A stretch of DNA of 56,768 nt, from NCBI GenBank assembly GCA_945877545.1, contig CAMCSO010000001.1, forward strand, positions 1 through 56,768, written 5' to 3'. Below, piece by piece: positions 17,709 to 27,779 of the stretch; the first letter of the stretch is position 1, and each line of letters begins with the position of its first letter. The DNA comes from Bifidobacterium breve. GTDB lineage: Bacteria > Actinomycetota > Actinomycetes > S36-B12. The translations under genes were made by a program, and so were the position numbers. Under the pieces are notes generated by a model. That model worked only from the letters and a program-made list of their open reading frames with translations, did not search any database and was not told where the DNA came from.

Positions 17709-20700
17709 GGGTCGATGCCGCACCTTGAGCAACGAGATTGCGTAGCACCCGAAGGGCCACCGACAAGGTGGCGAGATCAACATCCTCGGTGCTGGCGATC
17801 TCGTCGAGGGTCGCCCTCGCTCGTCCGAGGCCAGCCGCGTGCGCCTGCTCCCACTGCAGGATTCGATCACTCGGGTCAAGGTTGGGGTCGGTCGCGCGGC
17901 TCACCCTCGCGGTGAGGCCGGCGATCACTCCGTAGAGGTCGCTCCTCAGCGCCTGACGAGCAAGCGCGCCCCAGCGGTCGCCCCGGGGTAGCGCCGTGAT
18001 GCGCATGAGGGTTTGGTCGACGTCATACCGTTCGGAGAGGGTGAAGTAGAGCGGTACAAGGCTCGCTGGTGCCTCGCCAGTTCGGCCCGAGATCTCCGTG
18101 ATGTCGAGTAGGGCAAAGGCGTCAAGTGCCACTGATGCCCGCTCGGCCAACTCCCGTGGAGCGCCGAGCTCTAAGAAGTGCGCCCGAGAACGCTCAAGCC
18201 GCTCCGCTTCCGCTCCACGCAGGACGTCTGGAATCCGATCGGCGAACTCTCGAACCACCGATTCGAATCCCCTGATCTGCGCAGCGACATCGAGGTCACT
18301 GCCGCGAGTTTGGAGGAGCCACCGGGTGCCCCGGTCAAGGAGTCGTCGGGTCTCGAGGTGGAGGGCGTCCTGCACGGCCGACGGCACGAGATTGTCCTGC
18401 GCGTTGATGTCGTCCCACATCCGCTGGATATCGAACACCTCAAGCGCCACCGTGGCGGCCTTCACGACATCGAGGGCCGAGGCCCCAGTCTCCTCCATCG
18501 CACGGAAGGCGAAGGTGATCCCACCTACGTTGAGGAGTTGGTTACAGGTGACGGTACTGATGATCTCTGCACGGAGCGGGTGATCCCAAAGCGATTCGCC
18601 AAATCGGCCGGTGAGCAGGGTCGGGAAGTAGCGACGGAGCATCGCCTCGTACCACGGATCCTCGCCGAGCCCCGCTGCCGTGAGAGCCGCTGTCAGCGAG
18701 ATCTTCGCGTAGGCAAGAAGCACGGCGAGTTCCGGCGACGTCAGCCCCTGACCGGCAGCGCGACGGCCATTCAGTTCCTCCTCGTCCGGGAGGAATTCAA
18801 GGCCTCGATTGAGTAACCCCTGTCGTTCGAGATCGCGGATCATTCGTTGATGCACGGTGATGAGGTTCGGCGCTCCGACTCGCGCAATGCCGAGCACCAC
18901 GTTTTGGGAGTAGTTGTCGGCGAGCACTTGTTCGCCGACAGCCTCGGTCATCTCGGAGAGAAGGGCATTGCGGTCATCCATCGACATCGTGCCTGCGGTG
19001 ACGAACTCGTCCAGCAGAATCTTGATGTTTACCTCATGGTCGGACGTGTCGACGCCAGCCGAATTGTCGATCGCATCTGTATTGAGGCGAACGCCGGCGC
19101 GCGCCGCCTCGATCCGGCCGAGTTGCGTGAGACCGAGATTGCCTCCCTCCCCCACCACTCGGCAGCGAATATCATCCCCATTCACCCGGATCGCGTCATT
19201 GCTCTTGTCCCCAACATCGGCATTCGATTGGGTTCGGGCCTTGACGTAGGTGCCGATGCCACCGTTCCAGAGCAGGTCCACCGGTGCGACGAGGATCCCC
19301 CGGATCACCTCAGCAGGGGTCAGCGGACCTGACGTCTCCGGCAGGCCCAGCGCAGTCAGTGCCTCAGCTGAGAGTTCGATTGCCTTCGCCCCGCGCGAGA
19401 ATACGCCGCCACCCCGCGAGATGAGCCCGCTCTCGTAATCCGCCCAACTTGAGCGCGGCAGGTCAAACAGCCTGCGGCGCTCTTGAAAAGAGGCGGCCTC
19501 ATCGGGGTTCGGATCGACGAAGATGTCGCGGTGGTCGAATGCCGCGACGAGTCGGATGTGTTCGCTCAGCAACATTCCGTTGCCGAACACGTCACCGCTC
19601 ATGTCGCCGACCCCGACCACGGTGAAGGACTCCCGCTGGGTGTCCATCCCGAGATCGCGGAAATGGCGCTTGACGGACTCCCATGCTCCCCGGGCCGTGA
19701 TGCCCATCGCCTTGTGGTCGTATCCCACCGATCCGCCGGATGCAAAAGCATCCCCGAGCCAGAATCCGTAGTCAGCCGAGATCCCGTTCGCGAGATCGGA
19801 GAAGGTCGCCGTGCCCTTGTCTGCTGCGACGACGAGGTAGGAATCATCACCATCGCGGCGAACGACGCGAGGGGGTGGCACGATGTTCCCCCCAACCCGG
19901 TTGTCCGTGACGTCAAGGAGCGCAGATACGAATTCACGGTAGGCGGCCTTGCCCTCGGAGAGCCATCCGTCGCGATCAACCGACGGATCGGGTAGGCCGC
20001 GGGCAAAGAACCCCCCCTTGGCTCCGACCGGCACGATGACTGCGTTCTTCACCTCCTGAGCCTTCACGAGTCCGAGCACCTCCGTCCGGAAGTCCTCCGG
20101 CCGATCGCTCCATCGCAGGCCGCCCCGGGCGACTGCACCGAATCGCATGTGCACGCCCTCGACCTTCGGGGAGTACACCCAGATCTCGTACAGCGGTCGA
20201 GGAAGCGGCATATCCGGAATCGCGCGCGGATTGAGTTTGAACGCGAGGGCCTGGCGGGTCTCACGGCCGCCCGCAAAATAGTTCGTTCGAAGGGTCGCTT
20301 GGATCGCAGCAAGAAATGCTCGGAAGATGCGGTCGTGGTCCAGGCTCAGGACAGACTCGAGTTGGACCTCGATCTGCTCGACCAGACCGACGGCAGCATC
20401 GTCGCGGCCGGCCCCGTCCAGCCTAAGTCCCGGGTCGAACTGCGTTTCAAAAAGCCGGACGAGCAGTCGCACGATCACGGGATTTCCCGTCATCACCCGC
20501 TGGATGTATTCCTGGCCGAACGAGGAACCAACCTGCCTGAGATAGCGCGAGTAGGCCCGGATAAGTACGGCTTGTTGCCAAGTGAGGCCGGCCCGGACCA
20601 CGAGGGCGTTAAACGGATCGGTCTCGCATTCACTGAACCACGCAGCACGGAACGCCTCGGTTGCACGACCCGGTAGCGAATCACGCTCCTCCACCGAGCC

Positions 20701-22551
20701 CTCCGGGAGCAAAAGGCCGAAGTCCAGGACCCACGCGGGTGCCCCGGTCGCTCGCTCGATCACGTACGGGTGCTCGTCGAGCACCTCGACCCCCATCACC
20801 TGCAATGTCGGGAGGATTCGGGACAGGGACATGGCGGAGCCGACCCGGATCACCTTGAAGCGCGTTCGTTGGGCGTCGTCGTGATCTTGGGGGTACCACT
20901 GGAGCGCCAATTCGGACGGCTGGAGGCGGTCGATCGTCCGGGCATCCTCTACTGCGGCGGAAGCCCGGAATTCTTCCTTGTATCCCTCTGGGAAGGCGGC
21001 CGCGTACTCCGCGAGAAAGGTCGGCGCTTCGGTCTCACCGACCGCCGCGACTGCCGCGTCGGTGAACAGGTCCTCCCAACTCAAGGTGGCCTGAGCCAGC
21101 AGGGTTTCGAGCACACCGTGATCAACGGGCGGTACCGTCGCGCCCGGCTCAAGATGAACAACGTAGTGGAGGCGGGCCAGAACCGACTCAGTGACAAGTG
21201 CCGTGTAGTCGACGGACACCCCGCCGAATACCTCGCGCAGCAGCCCTTCGACCCGAAGTCGCACCGGAGTCGTGTAGCGGTCGCGTGGCAGGTAAACGAT
21301 GCACGAAACGAAGCGGCCGTAGTCGTCAACCCGCATGTAGAGCTTTGTCTGACGTCGCTCAAGCAGATGCATGACGGACTCTGCCACCGCGATGAGTTGA
21401 TCCGCGTTGGTCTGAAAAAGCTCGTCGCGTGGATAGGTCTCGAGGAACTGCCGCAGGTCCTTGGCACTGTGCGACCCGGGCACGAGGCCTAGGCTGTCGG
21501 TGACCCGGTGGACAAGCTCACGAAGCACGGGGATCTCGGTGACACTTTCGTTGTAGGCGGAAGCCGTGAAAAGTCCGAGGAAACGCCGCTCGCCGATCAC
21601 CTCTCCGAGACCATCGAACATCTTCACGCCGATGTAGTCGAGGTGCGAGGGGCGGTGGACTGTAGACCGGGAATTTGCCTTGCTCAGCACGAGAATCCGA
21701 GGATCCCGAGCCCGCGCCCGCACCGCCGGCGGCATGCTCGCAAAGTTGGATGATGCGCGCGGTGAACCATCCGCCGCAGTCTGGCCAGGGAGCGCGTCCC
21801 CGAGGATTCCGAGCCCCGATCCAGGGATCACCTGTTGGGCCTCACGTCCATCCGGCCCGGTGACGAGCAGGTACTCGCGATACCCGATGAAGGTCAGGTG
21901 ATCGTCGCAGAGCCAGTCGAGCAGGTCAGCCGACTCGCGCACCTCGATATCGGGAACGTTCACTGGTGGCCCAGCCCTGAGTTCCCTGGCAATCCTGCGT
22001 GCCTGGGCGGCCATGAGTCCCCAGTCCGAGACCGTTGCTCGGACATCGTTGAGCACCCGGGAGACATGCTCGACAATTTGCGTCTCATCGTCGAGGGTGA
22101 AGTCCCGATCCATCCGAAAGCACATCCACGATTCCGCGACGGCACCAGAGGGAAGGGGCTCGGCGACGTCAGAATCTAGGATCCGCGTGAGGTTGCCGTC
22201 AGTGTCACGCTCAACGACGAACTGCGGGTGCATAACGAGCCGGATGACACGGCCATCCTTGGTAAGCGCCGCCGTCACGGAGTCGACGAGAAAGGGCATG
22301 TCGTCGGTCACAATGGCGGCTATCGTCGCGAGGCCGTCATCATCACGCCGGATCAACATCTTGGATTCCCCAACCGGGCGTCGTTGGGCAAGGTCGCGCA
22401 CGAGCGATACCTGTCCGATGAGCGCGGGTACGCTCATCCCAGCGACGTCATCAATGGCGACGTATCTATAGAAGCGGGGAAGTAGGAACCGGAGTTCCTC
22501 GTCCCTGTCACCGTCAAGTGCCGAAATCAGATTGTCCACCACCTGCTGCAC
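17701..22551 (-). CDS. gdh: Large NAD-specific glutamate dehydrogenase (Bac_GDH family)
   Basis: 1616-aa ORF. Catalytic core string GGLRWSDRPEDFRTEVLGLVKAQEVKNAVIVPVGAKGGF and the overall length are typical of the 180-kDa NAD-GDH class. GTG start. Confidence 0.9.
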   Translation of the reverse strand: MQQVVDNLISALDGDRDEELRFLLPRFYRYVAIDDVAGMSVPALIGQVSLVRDLAQRRPVGESKMLIRRDDDGLATIAAIVTDDMPFLVDSVTAALTKDGRVIRLVMHPQFVVERDTDGNLTRILDSDVAEPLPSGAVAESWMCFRMDRDFTLDDETQIVEHVSRVLNDVRATVSDWGLMAAQARRIARELRAGPPVNVPDIEVRESADLLDWLCDDHLTFIGYREYLLVTGPDGREAQQVIPGSGLGILGDALPGQTAADGSPRASSNFASMPPAVRARARDPRILVLSKANSRSTVHRPSHLDYIGVKMFDGLGEVIGERRFLGLFTASAYNESVTEIPVLRELVHRVTDSLGLVPGSHSAKDLRQFLETYPRDELFQTNADQLIAVAESVMHLLERRQTKLYMRVDDYGRFVSCIVYLPRDRYTTPVRLRVEGLLREVFGGVSVDYTALVTESVLARLHYVVHLEPGATVPPVDHGVLETLLAQATLSWEDLFTDAAVAAVGETEAPTFLAEYAAAFPEGYKEEFRASAAVEDARTIDRLQPSELALQWYPQDHDDAQRTRFKVIRVGSAMSLSRILPTLQVMGVEVLDEHPYVIERATGAPAWVLDFGLLLPEGSVEERDSLPGRATEAFRAAWFSECETDPFNALVVRAGLTWQQAVLIRAYSRYLRQVGSSFGQEYIQRVMTGNPVIVRLLVRLFETQFDPGLRLDGAGRDDAAVGLVEQIEVQLESVLSLDHDRIFRAFLAAIQATLRTNYFAGGRETRQALAFKLNPRAIPDMPLPRPLYEIWVYSPKVEGVHMRFGAVARGGLRWSDRPEDFRTEVLGLVKAQEVKNAVIVPVGAKGGFFARGLPDPSVDRDGWLSEGKAAYREFVSALLDVTDNRVGGNIVPPPRVVRRDGDDSYLVVAADKGTATFSDLANGISADYGFWLGDAFASGGSVGYDHKAMGITARGAWESVKRHFRDLGMDTQRESFTVVGVGDMSGDVFGNGMLLSEHIRLVAAFDHRDIFVDPNPDEAASFQERRRLFDLPRSSWADYESGLISRGGGVFSRGAKAIELSAEALTALGLPETSGPLTPAEVIRGILVAPVDLLWNGGIGTYVKARTQSNADVGDKSNDAIRVNGDDIRCRVVGEGGNLGLTQLGRIEAARAGVRLNTDAIDNSAGVDTSDHEVNIKILLDEFVTAGTMSMDDRNALLSEMTEAVGEQVLADNYSQNVVLGIARVGAPNLITVHQRMIRDLERQGLLNRGLEFLPDEEELNGRRAAGQGLTSPELAVLLAYAKISLTAALTAAGLGEDPWYEAMLRRYFPTLLTGRFGESLWDHPLRAEIISTVTCNQLLNVGGITFAFRAMEETGASALDVVKAATVALEVFDIQRMWDDINAQDNLVPSAVQDALHLETRRLLDRGTRWLLQTRGSDLDVAAQIRGFESVVREFADRIPDVLRGAEAERLERSRAHFLELGAPRELAERASVALDAFALLDITEISGRTGEAPASLVPLYFTLSERYDVDQTLMRITALPRGDRWGALARQALRSDLYGVIAGLTARVSRATDPNLDPSDRILQWEQAHAAGLGRARATLDEIASTEDVDLATLSVALRVLRNLVAQGAASTLD

Positions 22552-22587
22552 GCTCGTACGCTATCCACAAACTTGGAGGTTGTAGCC

Positions 22588-23088
22588 ATGGCCACGACAT
22601 TGGACTTCTCGCAGACGTATGACGCCCAGCCGTCGACCGTCCGCGCAATGATCACCGACGCTGAATTCATCAACCTGCGCGCCACGAAAACCGGTTCAAC
22701 AACGGTTGATTCCGAGGTGATTAATGAGCCCGGGGGCGGAACAACCGTCGTTGTGACTCGCACCATGCCGGCGAATGTCCCCTCGTACGCGAAGTCCTTC
22801 GTGGGCGAAACCCTCACCATCACCGAGCGTCAGGAGTGGGCGTTACCGGCCGCTGACGGCACCGGCACCGCCGTCGCGACCGCAGAGTTGTCCGCCCCCC
22901 TCGCCTTCACCGGATCCATGTCAATCACCACCGATGGCAGCGTTACCACGGTCCGCACGTTCGGCGAGTACAGGGCGAGCGTGCCCTTTGTGGGCGGGAA
23001 AGTGGAGGAAATGGCCAAGGAGCAGACCGTTCGCTACCTCACCAAGGAGCAGGAGATCGGACGCGACTGGCTCAACGGCAAGCGCTAG
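22588..23088 (+). CDS. DUF2505 (SRPBCC-like) protein
   Basis: ATG 22588 is preceded by GGAGG 7 nt upstream (the ORF track starts at an upstream TTG). 166 aa. Pattern of lipid-binding START-like proteins annotated DUF2505. Family call is from memory. Confidence 0.68.
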   Translation: MATTLDFSQTYDAQPSTVRAMITDAEFINLRATKTGSTTVDSEVINEPGGGTTVVVTRTMPANVPSYAKSFVGETLTITERQEWALPAADGTGTAVATAELSAPLAFTGSMSITTDGSVTTVRTFGEYRASVPFVGGKVEEMAKEQTVRYLTKEQEIGRDWLNGKR

Positions 23089-23096
23089 CCCACATT

Positions 23097-24104
23097 TCAC
23101 CGGTCGGCGGCGTTCACCGTCGTGGCCCCGCGCCATGCCACCCCACTCGTGCGAACCGAGGTAGACAGCACGGACCGGCGCTGAGAGGCGTCCATCATGT
23201 TCGCGCCAATCACGCAGAGGTCCTCCGGGCCAGGACCGATGATCCGCACGGTCGCCCCGCATCGGGCCACGGCGTTCGCCTCGGCAAGGCATGTCTTGGT
23301 CACGACCTCCCGCCACCGACGCTCGATCCACGCTGCCGCTGACGAGGGATGATCCGTCTGAAATGAAACCATCGGGGCAATGACGTACACCTCGTCCAGC
23401 CCGGCGTGCTCCACCACATCGACCGACGTCGCCGAGATCGCCCCGCCGTCGACGAACCGCCGCCCACCGATGTCCACGGGGGCGAACCATCCGGGGATCG
23501 AGCAGGAGGCCATGACAGCGCTAGCAAGCGGGGCGACCACGGACCCTGGTCTGCCGAAGACGGTTCGCCGACCAGTGTCGTAGTCCATCGCCACGATCCA
23601 ACATGCCTCATGCCGGGACCACCCATCCATCGGTGACACTGCGTCAATGAGTCTGCCGACACCGGCCATGGTCTTGGCGCCCTCGGGCATGAGCGCAGCG
23701 ATGACCGCCGTCCCCTGAGCCCTAGACGGATGACGAAGGCTCTCACCGATGAGCCGCATCGAGCCCGGTGCCAGCGCTCTAGGTAGCCCCGGGCGATGCC
23801 CGCCGATCGCTGCATCCGGGTTCCACGTGAGTCCAGCGAGGGGGCCACCCTGCACTACCTCATCGTTGTATCGCTGGCGCAACTCCTCCGGCGTGACCCC
23901 GGCGCCGAGCATGGCCGCCAAAACCGAACCGGCCGAGGTGCCCACAAGGATATCCGCCGAGCATGCGGCGAAGCCGAACTCCTCCTCGAGCGCGAGTAGT
24001 GCACCAACCGCCCAAGTGCCACCGAGGACTCCCCCGCCACCGAGGACGATGCCACGCCTGGCGGCGGGCAACGAATCATCGATCGTGAGGGGCGCGCCCT
24101 GCAC
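23097..24104 (-). CDS. Patatin-like phospholipase
   Basis: GGGGVLGG oxyanion loop, GTSAG nucleophile elbow (GxSxG), catalytic Asp in FVDGGA. The GTG start shares 1 nt with the upstream TAG stop. Confidence 0.85.
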   Translation of the reverse strand: MQGAPLTIDDSLPAARRGIVLGGGGVLGGTWAVGALLALEEEFGFAACSADILVGTSAGSVLAAMLGAGVTPEELRQRYNDEVVQGGPLAGLTWNPDAAIGGHRPGLPRALAPGSMRLIGESLRHPSRAQGTAVIAALMPEGAKTMAGVGRLIDAVSPMDGWSRHEACWIVAMDYDTGRRTVFGRPGSVVAPLASAVMASCSIPGWFAPVDIGGRRFVDGGAISATSVDVVEHAGLDEVYVIAPMVSFQTDHPSSAAAWIERRWREVVTKTCLAEANAVARCGATVRIIGPGPEDLCVIGANMMDASQRRSVLSTSVRTSGVAWRGATTVNAADR

Positions 24105-25519
24105 TACGGCGCCGACTTGGCGGTTCGCACACGCCTACCCACGGCCACCTTCACCGCCTGCTTCAACTCCTCAAGCGCCTCATCAAGTCCTCCAACAAGA
24201 TCAGCAAGGTCAGGTACGGAGTCAAAGTCGGCATTCACCGCAACGAAGACACGGCCGTCGTAAGAGGTCACGCCGATGCTGATCGCCTGATTCTTTGTGA
24301 GCGGCATGACCGGGTAGGTCGCGAGAAGTCGCGAGCCCGAGAGGAACAGCGGCTCCTGCGGCCCTGGCACGTTGGTGATGGCTAGGTTGTAGACCCTGCT
24401 CGAGAGCCGGGATGCGAGCCTCGCACCGAGGGCATGCAGGGTCGGTGGTCCAAAACCCGCCGCACTGATGATGGCGTCCGCTCCAAGCAACTGGGCGACG
24501 TCCTTCAGCTGCGAGGTCTCGTAGTTGATGCGGCGCAACCGAATAATCGGATCGGGCTCCCCCGTCGGCAGGTCGATGAGGAACGCCGACACAGGTGAAC
24601 CGGCATCGGCCGTGCTGAACGGTACGACCGCACGCAGATGCGACCGGCTCGACACTGACGAGCCGCGTCCGAGGAGCCAGATTCTCAATGCTCCAGTGAG
24701 CGTGCAGAGCAGCACATCGTTGACGGAACAGTCGAGTGTCTGATGCAGCTTGCGGAACTCCTCGAGACCGTACTCGACCGTGGCAAGCCGACGACTCGCA
24801 CCGATCTCGACGTTCAACGGTGTCGTCGTCACTGGCGTTGCCAATGAGAGCGCCGAGGTTGCGATGCTGAGCACGCGTCCTCCGATGCCCCCGGCCAGCG
24901 ATAGCACCTGCGAGGCACCAGCTTTGACGGCCTCAAGAGCCACGGCAGGATGGACGATTGACTCGGTGAGCGCCGACGACACCAGCTCGATTGATGTGGG
25001 CTCAGGCTGCGCGGACCACTTCCCACCTGTTGGTGGGCGCCGCCCCGGATCGCTATCCATGATGACCTGCATAAGGTCGATTGCTGCGAGACCGTCGACG
25101 AGTGCCTGATGGGTCTTCGTCACGAGCGCGAAGCGATTGTCCTCCAGCCCCTCGATGAGGTACATCTCCCACAGCGGCCGATCCTTGTCCAGCGCTCGCC
25201 CCATGAGCCTGCCCACGAGCTCATTGAGCTGATCACGGGAGCCTGGCCTCGGAAGCGCCGACCGGCGCACGTGATATGTGATGTCGAAGTTCGAGTCATC
25301 AACCCACACCGGCCGGGCGATGCCGAACGGGACCTGCCGAATGCGTTGTCGATACCGCGGAACGAATGCGATCCGCTGCGATACCAACTCGACGAGATGA
25401 GCGTGGTCGAAGCCATTATCGGGAGTCTGGAAAATCGCCACACTCCCCACGTGCATCGGCGTCGTGGGATGGTCGAGGTAGAGCAAGGAGGCATCAAGGG
25501 CGCTCACCCTTTCGTTCAT
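24104..25519 (-). CDS. Wax ester synthase / diacylglycerol acyltransferase (WS/DGAT) family protein
   Basis: 471 aa. The N-terminal acyltransferase motif is present as THQALVDG (canonical HHxxxDG). Conserved ITNVPGP motif near the C-terminus. Confidence 0.88.
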   Translation of the reverse strand: MNERVSALDASLLYLDHPTTPMHVGSVAIFQTPDNGFDHAHLVELVSQRIAFVPRYRQRIRQVPFGIARPVWVDDSNFDITYHVRRSALPRPGSRDQLNELVGRLMGRALDKDRPLWEMYLIEGLEDNRFALVTKTHQALVDGLAAIDLMQVIMDSDPGRRPPTGGKWSAQPEPTSIELVSSALTESIVHPAVALEAVKAGASQVLSLAGGIGGRVLSIATSALSLATPVTTTPLNVEIGASRRLATVEYGLEEFRKLHQTLDCSVNDVLLCTLTGALRIWLLGRGSSVSSRSHLRAVVPFSTADAGSPVSAFLIDLPTGEPDPIIRLRRINYETSQLKDVAQLLGADAIISAAGFGPPTLHALGARLASRLSSRVYNLAITNVPGPQEPLFLSGSRLLATYPVMPLTKNQAISIGVTSYDGRVFVAVNADFDSVPDLADLVGGLDEALEELKQAVKVAVGRRVRTAKSAP

Positions 25520-25623
25520 TTCGATGGCTCCCTCACCATTACAGACCTACACGACATCACGACTCCGGACGGAGTTCCTCGGCTCACGCATGTCACCCTA
25601 GACGAATGGCCTTACCCGCTCGG

Positions 25624-26883
25624 CTACGCCGGCTTGCTGGCACGGGCTGGGGCGAATCCCTTGGCAAGCGCCCGGAGCATGCGGCGCTCGCGCCGTGACG
25701 CCGCCTCGTAGGGGGTGACTCCATCGCGGATTGCCCGCTCGAGTCGCTCGGGATCTCGCGGCAACCGGACGATTTCCGGCGTCAGTCCAAGTTGGTGAAT
25801 CATTCGGTTGCTGATCGACGTTGGTGCCATCAATCCGCCGGCGCCCGTCAGTACCAACGTGAGATCGGCGACGTCGTTCACCGAATTTACAGCGGGAAGC
25901 TCATTGAGCAGCCGGGTGAGTCCGAGGGTTGAAGACCTTGCCGTGACGAGCACATGATCCGCTGCCTCGAGCGCGGTTACGGCAGCGGCATTGCGCCGAG
26001 ATGCGAGGAGTGGACTCCCCGCGAGGTGGGCAATCGCTCCCTCCTGTTCGATGCAGAAGCCGATGTCCACCACCACGACATCAAAGGCCTCCCTCGCAAC
26101 GGCCCACACCGTGCGCAGGGCCGCCTCCCGAAGGTCGGGCCACCGCTCCGACCTCACCAGACCACCGAGGATTGAGAGCCGGTCGGAAAGAAGTCGCGTG
26201 GCCGCCACCAGCGTTCGGGGATTGAGCGTGCCATTGTCTGCTTGTCTGCACGCGACGACAAGGCCGCTGGCGTCGGCACAGACGCCAACGTGAGCCACCA
26301 GCGATGGGGCGTAGGTGTCCGCGTCGACGATGCATACCGAATACCCCTGATCGGCGAGGGCCCCGGCGATCGACAGGGCTGTCGTGGTGCGGCCCGGCGC
26401 CCCTGTCGGGCCCCAAACCGCGACAAGCGTTGAGGATTTGACTTCCTCCGGGGGTACCACAGCGGGCGGGTCCAGATCACGACCCGCCGGGTCACGACTG
26501 ACCCACGCAGCCGATGACAACGCCGAGGGCTGCGACCGACCGCTCACGATCCCTGCAATCGCCGCGATGGTCTCAACCGGGTCGCCCCGATGCCGGATGA
26601 TGTTCGGTACGTTCCACGCACGCAGCCGTTTTTCATCCTCATCGGTCGCTGCGATCCCCACAACGATGCGCTCATCGGCGATGATTCGGCCGATGAGATC
26701 CCCGCTCAGCCTTGGTACGCCAGCACTCACCGCTACAGCCATCGTGGTGTCGGCCGCAGCGGCGGCAAGCAGATCTGCCGCATCGAGCGAACGGCGCGAG
26801 ATGACGAGGTCGTGCAGGGTCGCGGCGGCGACAAGTCCGGTCTCGTCACTCAGATCAGGGGCCGCGAGAATCACGCTGATCAT
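25624..26883 (-). CDS. CpaE/TadZ-like (MinD/ParA-fold) protein with receiver-like N-terminal domain
   Basis: 419 aa. P-loop region VAVWGPTGAPGRTTTA...VCIVDADTY. The N-terminal roughly 120 aa resemble the non-phosphorylatable receiver-like domain of CpaE/Ssd proteins. Confidence 0.68.
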   Translation of the reverse strand: MISVILAAPDLSDETGLVAAATLHDLVISRRSLDAADLLAAAAADTTMAVAVSAGVPRLSGDLIGRIIADERIVVGIAATDEDEKRLRAWNVPNIIRHRGDPVETIAAIAGIVSGRSQPSALSSAAWVSRDPAGRDLDPPAVVPPEEVKSSTLVAVWGPTGAPGRTTTALSIAGALADQGYSVCIVDADTYAPSLVAHVGVCADASGLVVACRQADNGTLNPRTLVAATRLLSDRLSILGGLVRSERWPDLREAALRTVWAVAREAFDVVVVDIGFCIEQEGAIAHLAGSPLLASRRNAAAVTALEAADHVLVTARSSTLGLTRLLNELPAVNSVNDVADLTLVLTGAGGLMAPTSISNRMIHQLGLTPEIVRLPRDPERLERAIRDGVTPYEAASRRERRMLRALAKGFAPARASKPA

Positions 26884-27620
26884 GGGCTTACCTCATCCCT
26901 CGTGTCTGCGGCACGGATAGCACTGCCAGCACTTACGGCGTCAGCCGAGTCGGTCACTGCTTCAGTGATCGGGACCGCTGCGAGATCGACCACGCCGGAA
27001 CGGATCGCAGATACCGCAGCGCTCACTTGAGACTTCGGCACCTCAACCACCACGGCAATCTCGCCGCCAACACCGAGTGATTCACGATCGGCCGACACGA
27101 CGAGCACTCGGGGTAGAACGAGCACCGGCGGGATCACGGACGTACTGCCGCCATCAGTCACGGTCGCCCAGACATCCACCCGGTCGCCGGCCGCGAGGTC
27201 AACCGGCGCGTGGAGTGGATCAACCGGGAAGGTCACTCGACGGACACCCGAGGATGGCGCGCCTCCGACCGCAGCAGCGGGAACGAGCGAGCCGGCCGTA
27301 ACCGGGAGCAGCATGACTCCCACGAGAGGCTGATCAGCCGTCAGGTAACTCCCAGCCGCCGCCCCGAGGGAGACTGCGACCGGTTCCACCACCGGCGCGG
27401 CGCCGGGCAGCAGGTCACGGCTCGCGCGCCAGACGGTCACCGTCGATTCGGAGCCGGACATGAGACTTGCGCCCCACACCATCGCCACGATCATGAACCC
27501 GAGTCCAAGCCACAGCCGGGTGTCACGCCACCTGATCCTGCGCATCCGCTCGGCCCGTGGCGGGCTGACGACGGGCGACTGGGTCGCCTGCTTGGCACGT
27601 GGTCTGGTCAGGACATTCAT
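26880..27620 (-). CDS. SAF-domain protein (CpaB/RcpC-like), single N-terminal TM
   Basis: Start set at ATG 27620 (MNVLTRP), with GGGGAGAG upstream. TM helix LWLGLGFMIVAMVW, then a VTVWRASRDLLPG SAF-like segment. ATGA overlap with the downstream CpaE-like gene. Confidence 0.62.
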   Translation of the reverse strand: MNVLTRPRAKQATQSPVVSPPRAERMRRIRWRDTRLWLGLGFMIVAMVWGASLMSGSESTVTVWRASRDLLPGAAPVVEPVAVSLGAAAGSYLTADQPLVGVMLLPVTAGSLVPAAAVGGAPSSGVRRVTFPVDPLHAPVDLAAGDRVDVWATVTDGGSTSVIPPVLVLPRVLVVSADRESLGVGGEIAVVVEVPKSQVSAAVSAIRSGVVDLAAVPITEAVTDSADAVSAGSAIRAADTRDEVSP

Positions 27621-27720
27621 GGGCTCTCCCCGGTTTTCCGTTTGATCTGTGGATGGATGACGTGCGCCCCTCTCGGGCCACCGACCAAGGATCACCCACG
27701 ACCGCTCAGCAGCCAAATGG

Positions 27721-27729
27721 TTATCCACA
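27721..27729 (+). promoter_or_regulatory. Perfect E. coli-type DnaA-box 9-mer TTATCCACA (motif match only)
   Basis: Read directly in the 159-bp divergent spacer between the SAF gene and the HTH gene. An inverted 7/9 partner (CCATCCACA on the minus strand) lies at 27648-27656. Confidence 0.3.
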
Positions 27730-27779
27730 GGCCGGGGGTCGGGGTCCGCTTTCGGGCACCCTGCTGGGACGATCAATGC

